From the NCBI GenBank assembly GCA_964631945.1, contig CAZWAY010000005.1:53669-117668 (forward strand): DNA of 64,000 nt, written 5' to 3'. The stretch's first letter is position 1, and each line of letters starts with the position of its first letter. Of the stretch, positions 1-8,463 are shown in pieces. The position numbers and the translations under genes are program-made. This DNA is from an uncultured Planctomycetaceae bacterium. GTDB lineage: Bacteria; Planctomycetota; UBA1135; GCA-002686595. Below the pieces are notes generated by a model. It was given only the letters and a program-made list of their open reading frames with translations. It was not told the origin of the DNA and ran no database searches.

Positions 1-1182
1 GCCGCGGTCGATGCGGTCGAGGGCGATGCGGAGCTCTTCTGGGGCGAGATCGCGCGCGCCTTCACGGTCGATCGCGGGATGGTCAACCTGAACAACGGCG
101 GCGTCTCGCCCAGTCCGCGCCTGGTCCAGGAGGCGATGAAGCGTCACCTGGACGTCTCGAACGAGGCGCCGGCCTACACCATGTGGCGCATCCTGGAGCC
201 CGAGCGCGAGGGCGTGCGCGCGCGCCTGGCCCAGACCTTCGGCGTCGATCCGGAGGAGGTCGCGATCACGCGCAACGCCTCGGAGAGCCTGCAGACCTGC
301 CAGTTCGGCTTCGACCTCCAGCGCGGCGACGAGGTCCTGACGACGACCCAGGACTATCCGCGCATGCTCACGACCTTCAAGCAGCGCGAGCGGCGCGAGG
401 GCATCGTGCTGGTGCAGTTCTCGATCCCGACCCCGTGCGAGGACCCGGGCGAGATCGTGCGCCGCTTCGAGGCCCACATCACGCCGCGCACGCGGCTGAT
501 CCTGGTGTCGCACGTGGTCTTCCTGACCGGCCAGATCCTGCCCGTGGCCGAGGTCGTGGCACTCGGACGAAAGCACGGCATCCCAGTGCTGGTGGACGGC
601 GCCCACGCGCTCGCGCACTTCGACTTCGAGCTCGCGGAGCTCGACTGCGACTACTACGCCTCGAGCCTGCACAAGTGGCTGTTTGCGCCGCACGGCACGG
701 GCCTCCTGTACGTGCGCAAGGCCAAGATCGGCGGGCTGTGGCCGCTGATGGCCGCGGACGAGAAGCAGCAGGACGACATCCGCAAGTTCGAGGAGATCGG
801 CACGCACCCGGCGGCCAACGCGTTGGCCATCGCCGAAGCGCTCGTGTTCCACGAGACGCTCGGGCCCAAGCGCAAGGAGCGGCGCCTGATCGAGCTGCGC
901 GAGGCCTGGGCCGAGCCGCTGGCGCGTCACGAGCGCGTGCGCTTCCACACCAGCCGCAAGCCCGGCTTCGCCTGCGGCCTGGCGCTGGTCGAGCTCGAGG
1001 GCATCGACTCCGAGAAGCTCGCGGCGCACCTGTGGGACAAGCACAAGATCTTCGTGGTCGCCATCAAGCACGCCGAGTTCCAGGGCATCCGCGTCTCGCC
1101 CAGCGTGTACACGCTGAAGAGCGAGCTGGCGCGCTTCGTCGAGGCGATGGAGTCGGTGATCCGCGCCGGCTTGCCGGGCTAG
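1..1182 (+). CDS. PLP-dependent class V aminotransferase / cysteine-desulfurase-like, 5'-partial (frame open to window start)
   Basis: ORF track 79..1182, and the same frame is open from nt 1 (AAVDAVEGDAELFWGEIARAFTVDRGMVNLNNGG). Motifs: VLVDGAHALAHFDFELAELDCDYYASSLHKWLFAPHGTGLLYV (PLP-Lys region). The overlapping 601-aa Arg-rich ORF at 183..1988 is out-of-frame junk. Confidence 0.8.
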   Translation, partial: AAVDAVEGDAELFWGEIARAFTVDRGMVNLNNGGVSPSPRLVQEAMKRHLDVSNEAPAYTMWRILEPEREGVRARLAQTFGVDPEEVAITRNASESLQTCQFGFDLQRGDEVLTTTQDYPRMLTTFKQRERREGIVLVQFSIPTPCEDPGEIVRRFEAHITPRTRLILVSHVVFLTGQILPVAEVVALGRKHGIPVLVDGAHALAHFDFELAELDCDYYASSLHKWLFAPHGTGLLYVRKAKIGGLWPLMAADEKQQDDIRKFEEIGTHPAANALAIAEALVFHETLGPKRKERRLIELREAWAEPLARHERVRFHTSRKPGFACGLALVELEGIDSEKLAAHLWDKHKIFVVAIKHAEFQGIRVSPSVYTLKSELARFVEAMESVIRAGLPG

Positions 1183-1196
1183 GTCCGGCCACGGCT

Positions 1197-1877
1197 CTAG
1201 GCGCTCCGCGGAGGCCAGATCACCACGTCCAGCTCGCGCGCGAAGTGGAGTCGAGGGCTTCCATCGGGGCGCGCGAGGCCGCTGGCCTGGGCCAGCGTGT
1301 CGCGCTCGAACTCGGCCTCCGCGCGCTGCAAGGGCCACGGGCGGTGGTGGATGTCTCCACGCAGGAGCGCGCCCCGTGGGCTGGCGGCGAACAGGCAGTA
1401 GCGCTCGGTCAGGAAGTGCTCGAGCGTGCCCGGGCGCGCGAATTCGACCGGAGCGAGCGGGGCATAGCGGGCCAGGAGCTCTGCGGCCGGTGCTGCGCGG
1501 TGCGTGCGCACGGAGTGGTAGCGGACCCCGTCCACGTCCTCGCCGCAGTCCATGCGCGCGTGGAAGTAGGGCAGGTGGAACCATGCGCGCGCGACGCGTA
1601 CCGCCAGCGAGCTGGCCGCGTCCAGACTGAAGAACCACACGCCGCGGTGCTCGCCACGGCGCACGTAGGTGCGCAGGTTCAGCTCCGGAAAGGCCGAGAG
1701 CCCGGGCAGCGCCGGCGTCCCGCGCAGGCGCACGGCGCTCATGCGGAAGGGCACGAGGCCGAGCCAGGCCTCGCCTTCGAACGTGTCGAGCTCGAGCCCG
1801 GCCGGAAGACGCGCGCGCAGCGGCGCGCTCGGCACGGGCCAGTGCGCGAAGAGGAGCTGGTGCCAGCGCTGGAACAT
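1197..1877 (-). CDS. DUF2071 (YqjF-like) family protein
   Basis: C-terminal 226 aa of minus ORF 1197..2687: PWVMFQRWHQLLFAHWPVP...ELNLRTYV...FHLPYFHARM, typical DUF2071. ATG at 1877, with an in-frame GTG one codon upstream. The upstream 270 codons of the ORF are Arg/Ala-rich junk. Confidence 0.65.
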   Translation of the reverse strand: MFQRWHQLLFAHWPVPSAPLRARLPAGLELDTFEGEAWLGLVPFRMSAVRLRGTPALPGLSAFPELNLRTYVRRGEHRGVWFFSLDAASSLAVRVARAWFHLPYFHARMDCGEDVDGVRYHSVRTHRAAPAAELLARYAPLAPVEFARPGTLEHFLTERYCLFAASPRGALLRGDIHHRPWPLQRAEAEFERDTLAQASGLARPDGSPRLHFARELDVVIWPPRSA

Positions 1878-2006
1878 CACCCACGGTCCGCGCGGCAGGG
1901 GCGTCGGGCGGTGGGTGATGGCGCGCAGCAGCTCGCCCGCGCGCGCCGGGCGGATCGGGGGCGGTACCCTCACGGGGCGCGAGGATAGCGCCCCCGCTCG
2001 GCGCCG

Positions 2007-2834
2007 TTGCGAGCGGAGCGCGCCGCGTGCGAAGCTGCACCGATGGCCAAGGCCGCCAGAGGCGCGCGCAAGGAGACGGCGACCCCAGCGAAGGAAACTG
2101 CCCGGGCGAGACGCGCGTCCCCTGCAGAGTCCCGGACCGTGGCGGGCGAGGACAGCTCCGAGCTGCGCGCGCGGCTGGCACGCGCGCTGCCCGAGCCGCG
2201 CTGCGAGCTCGACTTCGCCGACGCCTGGCAGCTCCTGGTCGCCACCATCCTCTCGGCCCAGAGCACGGATGCGCGCGTGAACCAGGTCACACCCGCGCTG
2301 TTCGCGCGCTGGCCGACGCCGGCCGCGCTCGGCGCGGCGACCCAGGCCGAGGTGGAAGGGGTCGTGAAGAGCACCGGCTTCTTCCGCAACAAGGCGCGCG
2401 CGATCCGCGAGGCCAGCCAGCAGCTCGTGGCGCGCTTCGGCGGCGAGGTGCCGCGCGACTTGCAGGCCCTCCTCGGCCTGCGCGGCGTCGCGCGCAAGAC
2501 CGCCAACCTCGTGCTCGGCACGGCCTACGGGCTGGCCACCGGGATGATCGTGGACACGCACGCGGCGCGCGTCGCCCAGCGCCTGGGGCTCACGCGCGCC
2601 AGCGACCCGCTGGAGATCGAGCGCGACCTGTGCGCGTTCTTCCCGCGTGCGGAGTGGGTCGCGAGCGGGCACCGCCTGGTGCTGCACGGGCGCTACGTGT
2701 GCAAGGCACGGGCGCCGCGCTGCGCCGAGTGCCCGCTGAACGAGCTGTGCCCGGCGCGCGCGGCCAGCGCGGAGGGCGCGCTCTCCGAGCGTGAGCTCGG
2801 CCAGGCCCGGCGCGTGGCCGCGCGCGGCGCGTAG
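2007..2834 (+). CDS. nth: Endonuclease III (DNA glycosylase/AP lyase) with a basic N-terminal extension
   Basis: HhH-GPD motif LLGLRGVARKTANLVLGTAYG, catalytic VDTHAARVAQRL, and a 4Fe-4S loop CKARAPRCAECPLNELC. Alternative start at M13 (nt 2043). Confidence 0.85.
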   Translation: MRAERAACEAAPMAKAARGARKETATPAKETARARRASPAESRTVAGEDSSELRARLARALPEPRCELDFADAWQLLVATILSAQSTDARVNQVTPALFARWPTPAALGAATQAEVEGVVKSTGFFRNKARAIREASQQLVARFGGEVPRDLQALLGLRGVARKTANLVLGTAYGLATGMIVDTHAARVAQRLGLTRASDPLEIERDLCAFFPRAEWVASGHRLVLHGRYVCKARAPRCAECPLNELCPARAASAEGALSERELGQARRVAARGA

Positions 2835-2835
2835 G

Positions 2836-3792
2836 TCAGCGCCGCGGCCGACTCGTGTCGCCCTGCGTCTCGGCCAGGCCGACGGCGTTCTTCAGCTCCT
2901 CGCGGTCCGGGAAGAGCGCGAGCCCCGCGCGCCAGGTCGCCAGCGCCTTGTCGCGCTCGCCCGCGGCCTGCTGCATGTTCCCGAGGAACAGGTAGGTCAT
3001 CGCGAACTCGGGCCGCGGCGGCTGCGTGGCCTGCTGCTCGAGCAGGGTCTCGAAGTTCTCGATCGCCTCCGGGCCGCGTCCGAGGAAGGCCGGCCAGTTG
3101 GAGAGCGAGACGGCCTTCGAGAAGCGCGCCGACCAGTTCTCGTCGTCCAGCGCCAGCGCGCGGTCGAAGGCCGCGTCGGACTTGTAGGCCAGCGGCCCGG
3201 CCTCGGGCGAGTTGCCCACCCCGAACAGCTTCTGCAGGTAGGCGTGCCCGAGCGCGATCTGCAGCTCGACGTTCTGGGGATCCTCGGCCGCGAGTTTCTC
3301 CATCGTGGCCACGTACTCGTCGATGCGCCCGTTCTCGCGCAGGGCCTGGAAGATCTCCTGGCGCTCGACGTTGTCGAAGCCGGTGGCCGACAGCGCGCGC
3401 ACGAGCTCCAGCATCGGGATGCTGGCGAGGTCGACCTCGCCCGGCTTCAGGGCGACGGGCGCGCGCGTGGCGCCGTGCGCGCCCGGCTCCGCCGGCGGGT
3501 GCGCGGCCTGCCAGCGCGCCAGCGCGGCGGCGATCTCGGACTCGCCGAGCTCGTTGCCGGGGACGGGCGCCGCCACCAGGGTGTCCGCGCGTTGCTCGAG
3601 CGCGGCGGCCAGGCGCCGGTTCTCCAGGCGCAGTCCCTCGAGCGCGGCGCGCAGCTCGGCCGCGCGCGCGCGCTCCACGGCGGGCGCCTCGTGCTCGAGC
3701 CCCGCGCGCGCGGGCTTCGCCAGGGAGCGCGCCCCGAAGGCGGCCACGGCCGCCACGAGGATCGTCGGCACGATCGTCACAAGGATCTTCAT
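2836..3792 (-). CDS. Membrane-anchored coiled-coil protein with C-terminal TPR-like domain (paralog A)
   Basis: Real start is MKILVTIVPTILVAAVAAFG at residue 164 of ORF 2836..4281. N-terminal TM helix, then a coiled-coil (LRAALEGLRLENRRLAAALEQ), then a helical-repeat domain (QIALGHAYLQKLFGVGNSP...WSARFSKAVSLSNWPAFLG...YLFLGNMQQAAGERDKALATW). The ATG overlaps the TGA of the upstream gene (TGATG). Confidence 0.6.
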   Translation of the reverse strand: MKILVTIVPTILVAAVAAFGARSLAKPARAGLEHEAPAVERARAAELRAALEGLRLENRRLAAALEQRADTLVAAPVPGNELGESEIAAALARWQAAHPPAEPGAHGATRAPVALKPGEVDLASIPMLELVRALSATGFDNVERQEIFQALRENGRIDEYVATMEKLAAEDPQNVELQIALGHAYLQKLFGVGNSPEAGPLAYKSDAAFDRALALDDENWSARFSKAVSLSNWPAFLGRGPEAIENFETLLEQQATQPPRPEFAMTYLFLGNMQQAAGERDKALATWRAGLALFPDREELKNAVGLAETQGDTSRPRR

Positions 3793-4673
3793 CAGCGTGC
3801 CCTCGCTTCCGTCTTCCGGCGCAGCTGCTCGTTGCCGGGGAAGCGCGCCGCGCCGCGCTGCCAGGTGGCGCGGGCCTTCTCGCCCTCGCCCATCTGATCG
3901 TAGAGGTTGCCGAGGAAGGTGTAGGTCCAGGCCTGCTTGGCCGAGGGCGCGGCGTGCTCCTGTTGCTCCATCAGGATCTCGAACTGGCGCACGGATTCGC
4001 CCTGCTTGCCGAGGAAGGTCGGCCAGTTGGAGAGCGCCATGGCCTTGTTGAAGCGCGCCTCCCAGTGCGTGTCGTCGAGCTCCAGCGCGCGGTCGAAGGC
4101 CCGGTCGGCTTTCTCGCCCCAGACCGAGGCCAGCGGGCCGATCCCGACGTCGAAGAGCTTCTGGATGTAGGCCTGGCCGAGCTCGCTCTGCAGGTCGGGG
4201 TTGTTCGGCGCGAGCCCGGCCTGGCGCTCGATCTCGGCCAGCACGGCGTCGATGCGCTTCTCGTCGCGCAGGGTCTGCCACAGTGCTTCCAGCTCGTCAC
4301 CCTCGACCTGGCCCGTGAGGATGCGATCGGCGATCGCGGCGCCCTCGAGGTCGGCCGGAGCCGAGCCGCTGGAGTGGTCCGAGCTCGCCTCGCCGCCGAC
4401 ACGCTTTGCCATGTAGGCCGCGATCGCCTCGTCGAGGTCCTGCGCGGGAACGCGCTGGGCGACCGGGGCGCTGGCGGGCGCGCTCGGCAGCGTCGCCAGG
4501 CGCTCGGCCAGGCGGGTCTGCTCGGCGCGCAGCTCGGCCAGCGCCGCAAGGAGCTCGGAGCTCTCGGGGGCGGCGCCGCGGGCCGCGCGCTCGGGCGCGG
4601 CCAGACGCGTGCTCCCGTAGCCGATCAGGGCGGCCACGACGGCCGCGATGGGGAGGTGGATCCAGTTCTTCAT
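3792..4673 (-). CDS. Membrane-anchored coiled-coil protein with C-terminal TPR-like domain (paralog B)
   Basis: C-terminal 293 aa of ORF 3792..6878, starting MKNWIHLPIAAVVAALIGYG. Same architecture and clear sequence similarity to paralog A (LGQAYIQKLFDVGIGP...WEARFNKAMALSNWPTFLG...YTFLGNLYDQMGEGEKARATW). The remaining 735 upstream codons of the ORF are Arg/Gly junk, antisense or out of frame to the anti-sigma gene. The start coordinate is plus or minus 1 nt. Confidence 0.6.
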   Translation of the reverse strand: MKNWIHLPIAAVVAALIGYGSTRLAAPERAARGAAPESSELLAALAELRAEQTRLAERLATLPSAPASAPVAQRVPAQDLDEAIAAYMAKRVGGEASSDHSSGSAPADLEGAAIADRILTGQVEGDELEALWQTLRDEKRIDAVLAEIERQAGLAPNNPDLQSELGQAYIQKLFDVGIGPLASVWGEKADRAFDRALELDDTHWEARFNKAMALSNWPTFLGKQGESVRQFEILMEQQEHAAPSAKQAWTYTFLGNLYDQMGEGEKARATWQRGAARFPGNEQLRRKTEARAR

Positions 4674-4783
4674 GGTTTGCTCGACGGGGTCTGCGGGGTC
4701 CGGGGCGGGCGGATCCGGCCCTCGGCTCGTCCTCTTCTTGTCCTCACCGCGCTCTTTCCTTCGCCGTTTCCCGCGGAAGTCCG

Positions 4784-7210
4784 CTAGCGCGGCGCGGGCG
4801 CCTGGCTCGCGGGCTCCGAGCGGGGCGCCGCGTCGGCGGGCACCAGCACGAGCAGCACCTCGGGCACGCTGCCCAGCTCGAAGCGGAACTCGACCGGCGT
4901 GCCCTGGTAGCCGGCCAGCTGGGCCACGACTCGGTAGCGGCCGGGCCGCAGGCCATGGGCGCGGAAGCGTCCGGCCGAGTCGGTCAGCGGCAGACGCGCG
5001 AACAGGTGCTCGCCGCCCTGGGCGTCGTAGAACACCACCGCCGCGCCCTCGAGCGCGCGCCCGTCGCCGTCGCGCACGAGCACGTCCGCCGGGCCACCCG
5101 CTTCCAGCGCGAGCTCGAGCTCGCGCGGCACGCCTTCGGCCCCGCTCTCGGACACGGTCACGCTCTCGCTCTGCGCGAAGCCGAGTCCGGGGCGGGTCGG
5201 GTAGGCGACGACGTGGTAGGTGCCGGGACGCAGCTGGGTGAAGGCGAAGCGTCCGTTCTCGTCGCTCAGGCCGAAGGCGTTGAAGGACGTGCGGCCGCCG
5301 CCTTCCTCGCGCATCATCATCAGAGCCGCCTGCCCGGTCGGCTCGGCGCTGTGCGCGTCGAACACCGAGACCGTCAGGCTGCCCGTGGGAACGCGCACGT
5401 CGCGCTCGACGTCCAGGACGTCGCGCGTGAGCTCGAACGCGTCCACGCAGCGCAGCTCGCGCCCGAGCTGGTCGATCAGGAACAGCTGATAGCGGCCCGG
5501 GCGCACGCCCTCGAAGGCGTAGGCCCCGTCGGCCAGGGTCGTGGTGGCGACCCAGTCCTGGTTCCAGCTGGCCGTCTCCATGTCGAACAGGCCCAGGTTC
5601 TGGAGCGCGAGCGGCACGTCCGCGCGCCCGAGGACCCGCCCGTGCAGGCGGATGCCGCGGCGCGCGGCGGCGAAGTCGGCGGTGATCGTCTGGCCCTCGA
5701 CGACCTGCACCGGGCGCACCTCGGGCCGCTCGCTGGCCGTGGCCGAGTCGCGGCTCATCATCACCACGATCATGGTCGCGGCCGGCAGGCGCTCGAAGCG
5801 ATAGCGTCCGTCGGCGTCCGTGCGGGTGTGGGCGTAGGACATGCGCGTGCGCTGGGCATCGTCCATGGCCACGATCACGAGCTGGGCCTCGGCACGCGGT
5901 CCGCCGTCCTCGCGCGTGACCCGGCCCTGGACCACGCCGCCCGCGCCGAGCGTGAAGACGAGCTCCTCGTCCCGCCCGCGCGGCGCGCGCACGGCGTCCT
6001 TCCAGGCCGGGGCGAGGTCCTCGGCGCCGGCGCGCAGGGTGTGCGTGCCCGGATGGAGGTGCGCCAGCTCGAAGCGTCCGTCGGGACCGGTGCGCGCCTG
6101 GATCGGCAGCCAGTAGGCGAGCTCGGAGAGGGGGAGCGAGAAGAACAGACCGTCGCTCGGGACCTCGTCCTCCGAGATCACCCACGCGTTCGGGACCGGG
6201 TTGCCGTGCTCGTCGAGCACGCTGCCGTGCACGCTGACGCCGGGCACGAGCTCGGCCCGCAGCCGCGGGAGCTCGTCCGCGAGCTCGAACTCGCCCAGCG
6301 CGCACAGCGCGTAGCCGGGCGCGTGCACGAACACGCGCTGCTTGCCGGCGGGCGGATCGGGCCAGCGGAAGGTCCCGTCGCTGCTCGTGAAGGAGCGCAC
6401 CTCGGGGGGCGGGGTCTGGTTGCTGCGGCGCTCGGCCAGCAGCGCCACGCGGAAGGCGCCGAGCGCGGCGCCGCCCTCGGCGACCACGACCTCGCCCGCG
6501 AGGACGCGCGCGGCGGCGCTGGCGGCCAGCGTGCCCGCGGCCACGGGCGCGGGCGCGAGCGGCTCGCGCGGCGTGCTGGGTGTCGCGCTCGTGAGCGGCT
6601 CGGTCCGTCCCTGGGGCGGTGCACCCAGGACTCGGGCGACGCCGCGCGCGAGCTCGAGGCGCTCGTCGCCGCGCTGGAACCAGGCCGAGCCGTCGCCGAG
6701 CGTGGCGCGCACGCCCGCCGCCTCCTGCTCGAGCGCGAGCTCGGAACGCGAGCCCACGTGCACGAGTCCCGCCGCCAGCCGCACCTCGAGCTCCGCGTCC
6801 TGCGGCGTGACCACCCGCAGGGTCGGCGGGACGAAGTCGAGCCCGCGCGCGCGCTCCTCCGCGGCGGCCGCGCGCCACGCTCCGCCGGGCAGGCCCAGCG
6901 CGACCTCGCCGCGCGCGAGCAGGCGTTGGCGCGGGTCGTCCGCTTCGCGTGCGAACAGGCGCCAGCCCAGGAAGAGCGCCAGCGCGGCCGCGGCCAGGAG
7001 CGCGACCCTGTGCAGCGGCCTCGGGAGCTGCCGGAGCGTGCCGGTGCGCGCGCGCCGGGTGCCGGCGCGGCGCGCGACCTCGCTGCGGCGCGCGACCTCG
7101 CTCAGGAACAGCGCCTCCAGCCGGTCGCGGAAGGGCGGTGCGGGCAGGGCCGGTACGTAGCTCCGGCGCAGCAGCAGGCGCAGGTTGCGTTCCAGGACGT
7201 CCGCGCTCAC
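4784..7210 (-). CDS. Anti-sigma factor: N-terminal cytoplasmic domain, one TM, and a large extracytoplasmic region with 5-6 CarboxypepD_reg-like repeats
   Basis: In ORF 4784..7576. GTG start VSADVLERNLRLLLRR... overlaps the TGA of the sigma gene (GTGA). TM is VALLAAAALALFLGW. Repeats: DGRFELAHLHPGTHTL, DADGRYRFERLPAATMIVV, DGAYAFEGVRPGRYQLFL, ENGRFAFTQLRPGTYHVVAY, DSAGRFRAHGLRPGRYRVVAQ. Confidence 0.7.
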   Translation of the reverse strand: MSADVLERNLRLLLRRSYVPALPAPPFRDRLEALFLSEVARRSEVARRAGTRRARTGTLRQLPRPLHRVALLAAAALALFLGWRLFAREADDPRQRLLARGEVALGLPGGAWRAAAAEERARGLDFVPPTLRVVTPQDAELEVRLAAGLVHVGSRSELALEQEAAGVRATLGDGSAWFQRGDERLELARGVARVLGAPPQGRTEPLTSATPSTPREPLAPAPVAAGTLAASAAARVLAGEVVVAEGGAALGAFRVALLAERRSNQTPPPEVRSFTSSDGTFRWPDPPAGKQRVFVHAPGYALCALGEFELADELPRLRAELVPGVSVHGSVLDEHGNPVPNAWVISEDEVPSDGLFFSLPLSELAYWLPIQARTGPDGRFELAHLHPGTHTLRAGAEDLAPAWKDAVRAPRGRDEELVFTLGAGGVVQGRVTREDGGPRAEAQLVIVAMDDAQRTRMSYAHTRTDADGRYRFERLPAATMIVVMMSRDSATASERPEVRPVQVVEGQTITADFAAARRGIRLHGRVLGRADVPLALQNLGLFDMETASWNQDWVATTTLADGAYAFEGVRPGRYQLFLIDQLGRELRCVDAFELTRDVLDVERDVRVPTGSLTVSVFDAHSAEPTGQAALMMMREEGGGRTSFNAFGLSDENGRFAFTQLRPGTYHVVAYPTRPGLGFAQSESVTVSESGAEGVPRELELALEAGGPADVLVRDGDGRALEGAAVVFYDAQGGEHLFARLPLTDSAGRFRAHGLRPGRYRVVAQLAGYQGTPVEFRFELGSVPEVLLVLVPADAAPRSEPASQAPAPR

Positions 7211-7854
7211 GCGTAGCCTCCGCGCTTCTTGGCGAGCAGCGTGAAGACCTTGCCGAAGGCCGTGCGCGCGCGCTGCAGCGTCGATTCGGCGGCCTTCTCG
7301 TGCTTGCCGGCGCGCGCCGCGATCTCGGCCGTGCTGAGCTCCTCGACGTACTTCGCCAGCAGCGCCTCGCGGTAGTCGGGCGGCAGCGAGGACAGCGTCG
7401 CGCCCACCAGCTCGCGCGTCTCCTCGCGCTCCAGCACGTCGTCCGGCAGCGGCTCGCGGTCGATCGCCATCAGCATGGCCTCGATCTCGGGATCGGCCTC
7501 GGCCAGCACGTCCTCGAGCCGCACCGGGCGCTGGCGCCGGCGCTGGGCGCGGATCTTGTTCTTGGCGATGCCGCACAGCCAGGTGTGCAGGCTGGCGCGT
7601 CCGTCGAAGGCCGCCAGGCGCTCGAGCGCCGTCAGGAAGGTGTCTTGCACCAGGTCCTCGGCCAGCACGCGGTTGCCGCCCACGCGGTAGTGCACGAACT
7701 CGTACAGCGCGCCCAGGTGGAGGCGGAAGAAGCCCTCGGCCGCCAGGCGGTCGCCGGCCAGGATGGCGTCGCGCGTGGCGAGGTCGGGAGGGCGGAGCGG
7801 GACCTGCACGGGGCCTTGGTGCCCGCCGGGCGCGGGGTCCTTCGCTCTTTCCAT
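7207..7854 (-). CDS. ECF-family RNA polymerase sigma factor
   Basis: Region 2 LAEDLVQDTFLTALERL and region 4 LPPDYREALLAKYVEELSTAEIAARAG. Start is MERAKDP at 7854, preceded by AGGAA five nt upstream. The ORF track begins at 7896 (alternative start). Gene order is sigma then anti-sigma, same strand, with a 4-nt overlap. Confidence 0.8.
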   Translation of the reverse strand: MERAKDPAPGGHQGPVQVPLRPPDLATRDAILAGDRLAAEGFFRLHLGALYEFVHYRVGGNRVLAEDLVQDTFLTALERLAAFDGRASLHTWLCGIAKNKIRAQRRRQRPVRLEDVLAEADPEIEAMLMAIDREPLPDDVLEREETRELVGATLSSLPPDYREALLAKYVEELSTAEIAARAGKHEKAAESTLQRARTAFGKVFTLLAKKRGGYA

Positions 7855-7953
7855 GGATTCCTGCCGCCTCGGGCGGGTGGGCACGCCGGCCGCCACCTTG
7901 CCCTCCCGCGCTCGCCCTGGCTAGGCTCGCCGGGGGGGAGCGACTCGAACACC

Positions 7954-8445
7954 ATGAAGACCGACCCCCTCGCGCGCGAGGTCCTGGCGACCTGGAAGCG
8001 CCACCAGCAGATCCTGGTCACGCTGCTGCAGCGCATCCCCGAGAAGCGCCTCGGCGCCCTGCCGGCCCAGTCCAAGGGCCGCGACGTCGCCCGCCAGTTC
8101 GCGCACATGAACCGCAATCGCCTGGGCTGGCTCCACTTCCACGCGACCGGCGCGCGCCCCGAGCTGCCCACGAGCTCCAAGGGCGAGCGCCCCGGGAAGA
8201 AGGAGCTCCAGGCCGCCCTGAGGGACTCCGGCAAGCGCGTCGAGGAGCTGCTCGGAAGGGCCCTGCGCAAGGAGGCGCGCATCCGCCTCTTCGGCAAGTC
8301 GCCCGTGCGCTGGCTGGGCTACCTCGTCGCGCACGAGTCCCACCACCGCGGCCAGATCCTGCTGGCACTGAAGCAATCGGGCTTCGCCCTCGACGAGAAG
8401 GTCACGGTCCAGGCGCTGTGGGGAAAGTGGATCTTCGGGAAGTAG
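7954..8445 (+). CDS. DinB/YfiT-like (DinB_2 superfamily) metal-dependent hydrolase-like protein
   Basis: C-terminal 163 aa of ORF 6949..8445: MKTDPLAREVLATWKRHQQILVTLL...HMNRNRLGWLH...VAHESHHRGQILLALK (His triad pattern). Divergent from the sigma gene. Confidence 0.7.
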   Translation: MKTDPLAREVLATWKRHQQILVTLLQRIPEKRLGALPAQSKGRDVARQFAHMNRNRLGWLHFHATGARPELPTSSKGERPGKKELQAALRDSGKRVEELLGRALRKEARIRLFGKSPVRWLGYLVAHESHHRGQILLALKQSGFALDEKVTVQALWGKWIFGK

Positions 8446-8463
8446 TCTGGTGCGAAATCAGCA

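Noticed and set aside
183-1988. 601-aa plus-strand ORF extremely rich in Arg/Ala/Gly/Pro
   Set aside because: It is out of frame over the aminotransferase gene and antisense to the DUF2071 gene. The composition is typical of high-GC alternative-frame artefacts, with no motifs.
4674-6878. N-terminal 735 codons of minus ORF 3792..6878
   Set aside because: Junk composition (poly-Arg/Gly), overlapping the real anti-sigma gene in another frame. Only the C-terminal 293 aa, from MKNWIHLPIA, look like protein.
4406-7216. 936-aa plus-strand ORF
   Set aside because: Antisense to the anti-sigma/CarboxypepD_reg gene. Arg/Gly/Ala-rich, with no motifs.
7897-7953. ECF-type promoter (GGAAC-N16-CGTT) upstream of the ECF sigma gene
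   Set aside because: No convincing match in the 58-100 nt divergent region. Left unannotated.
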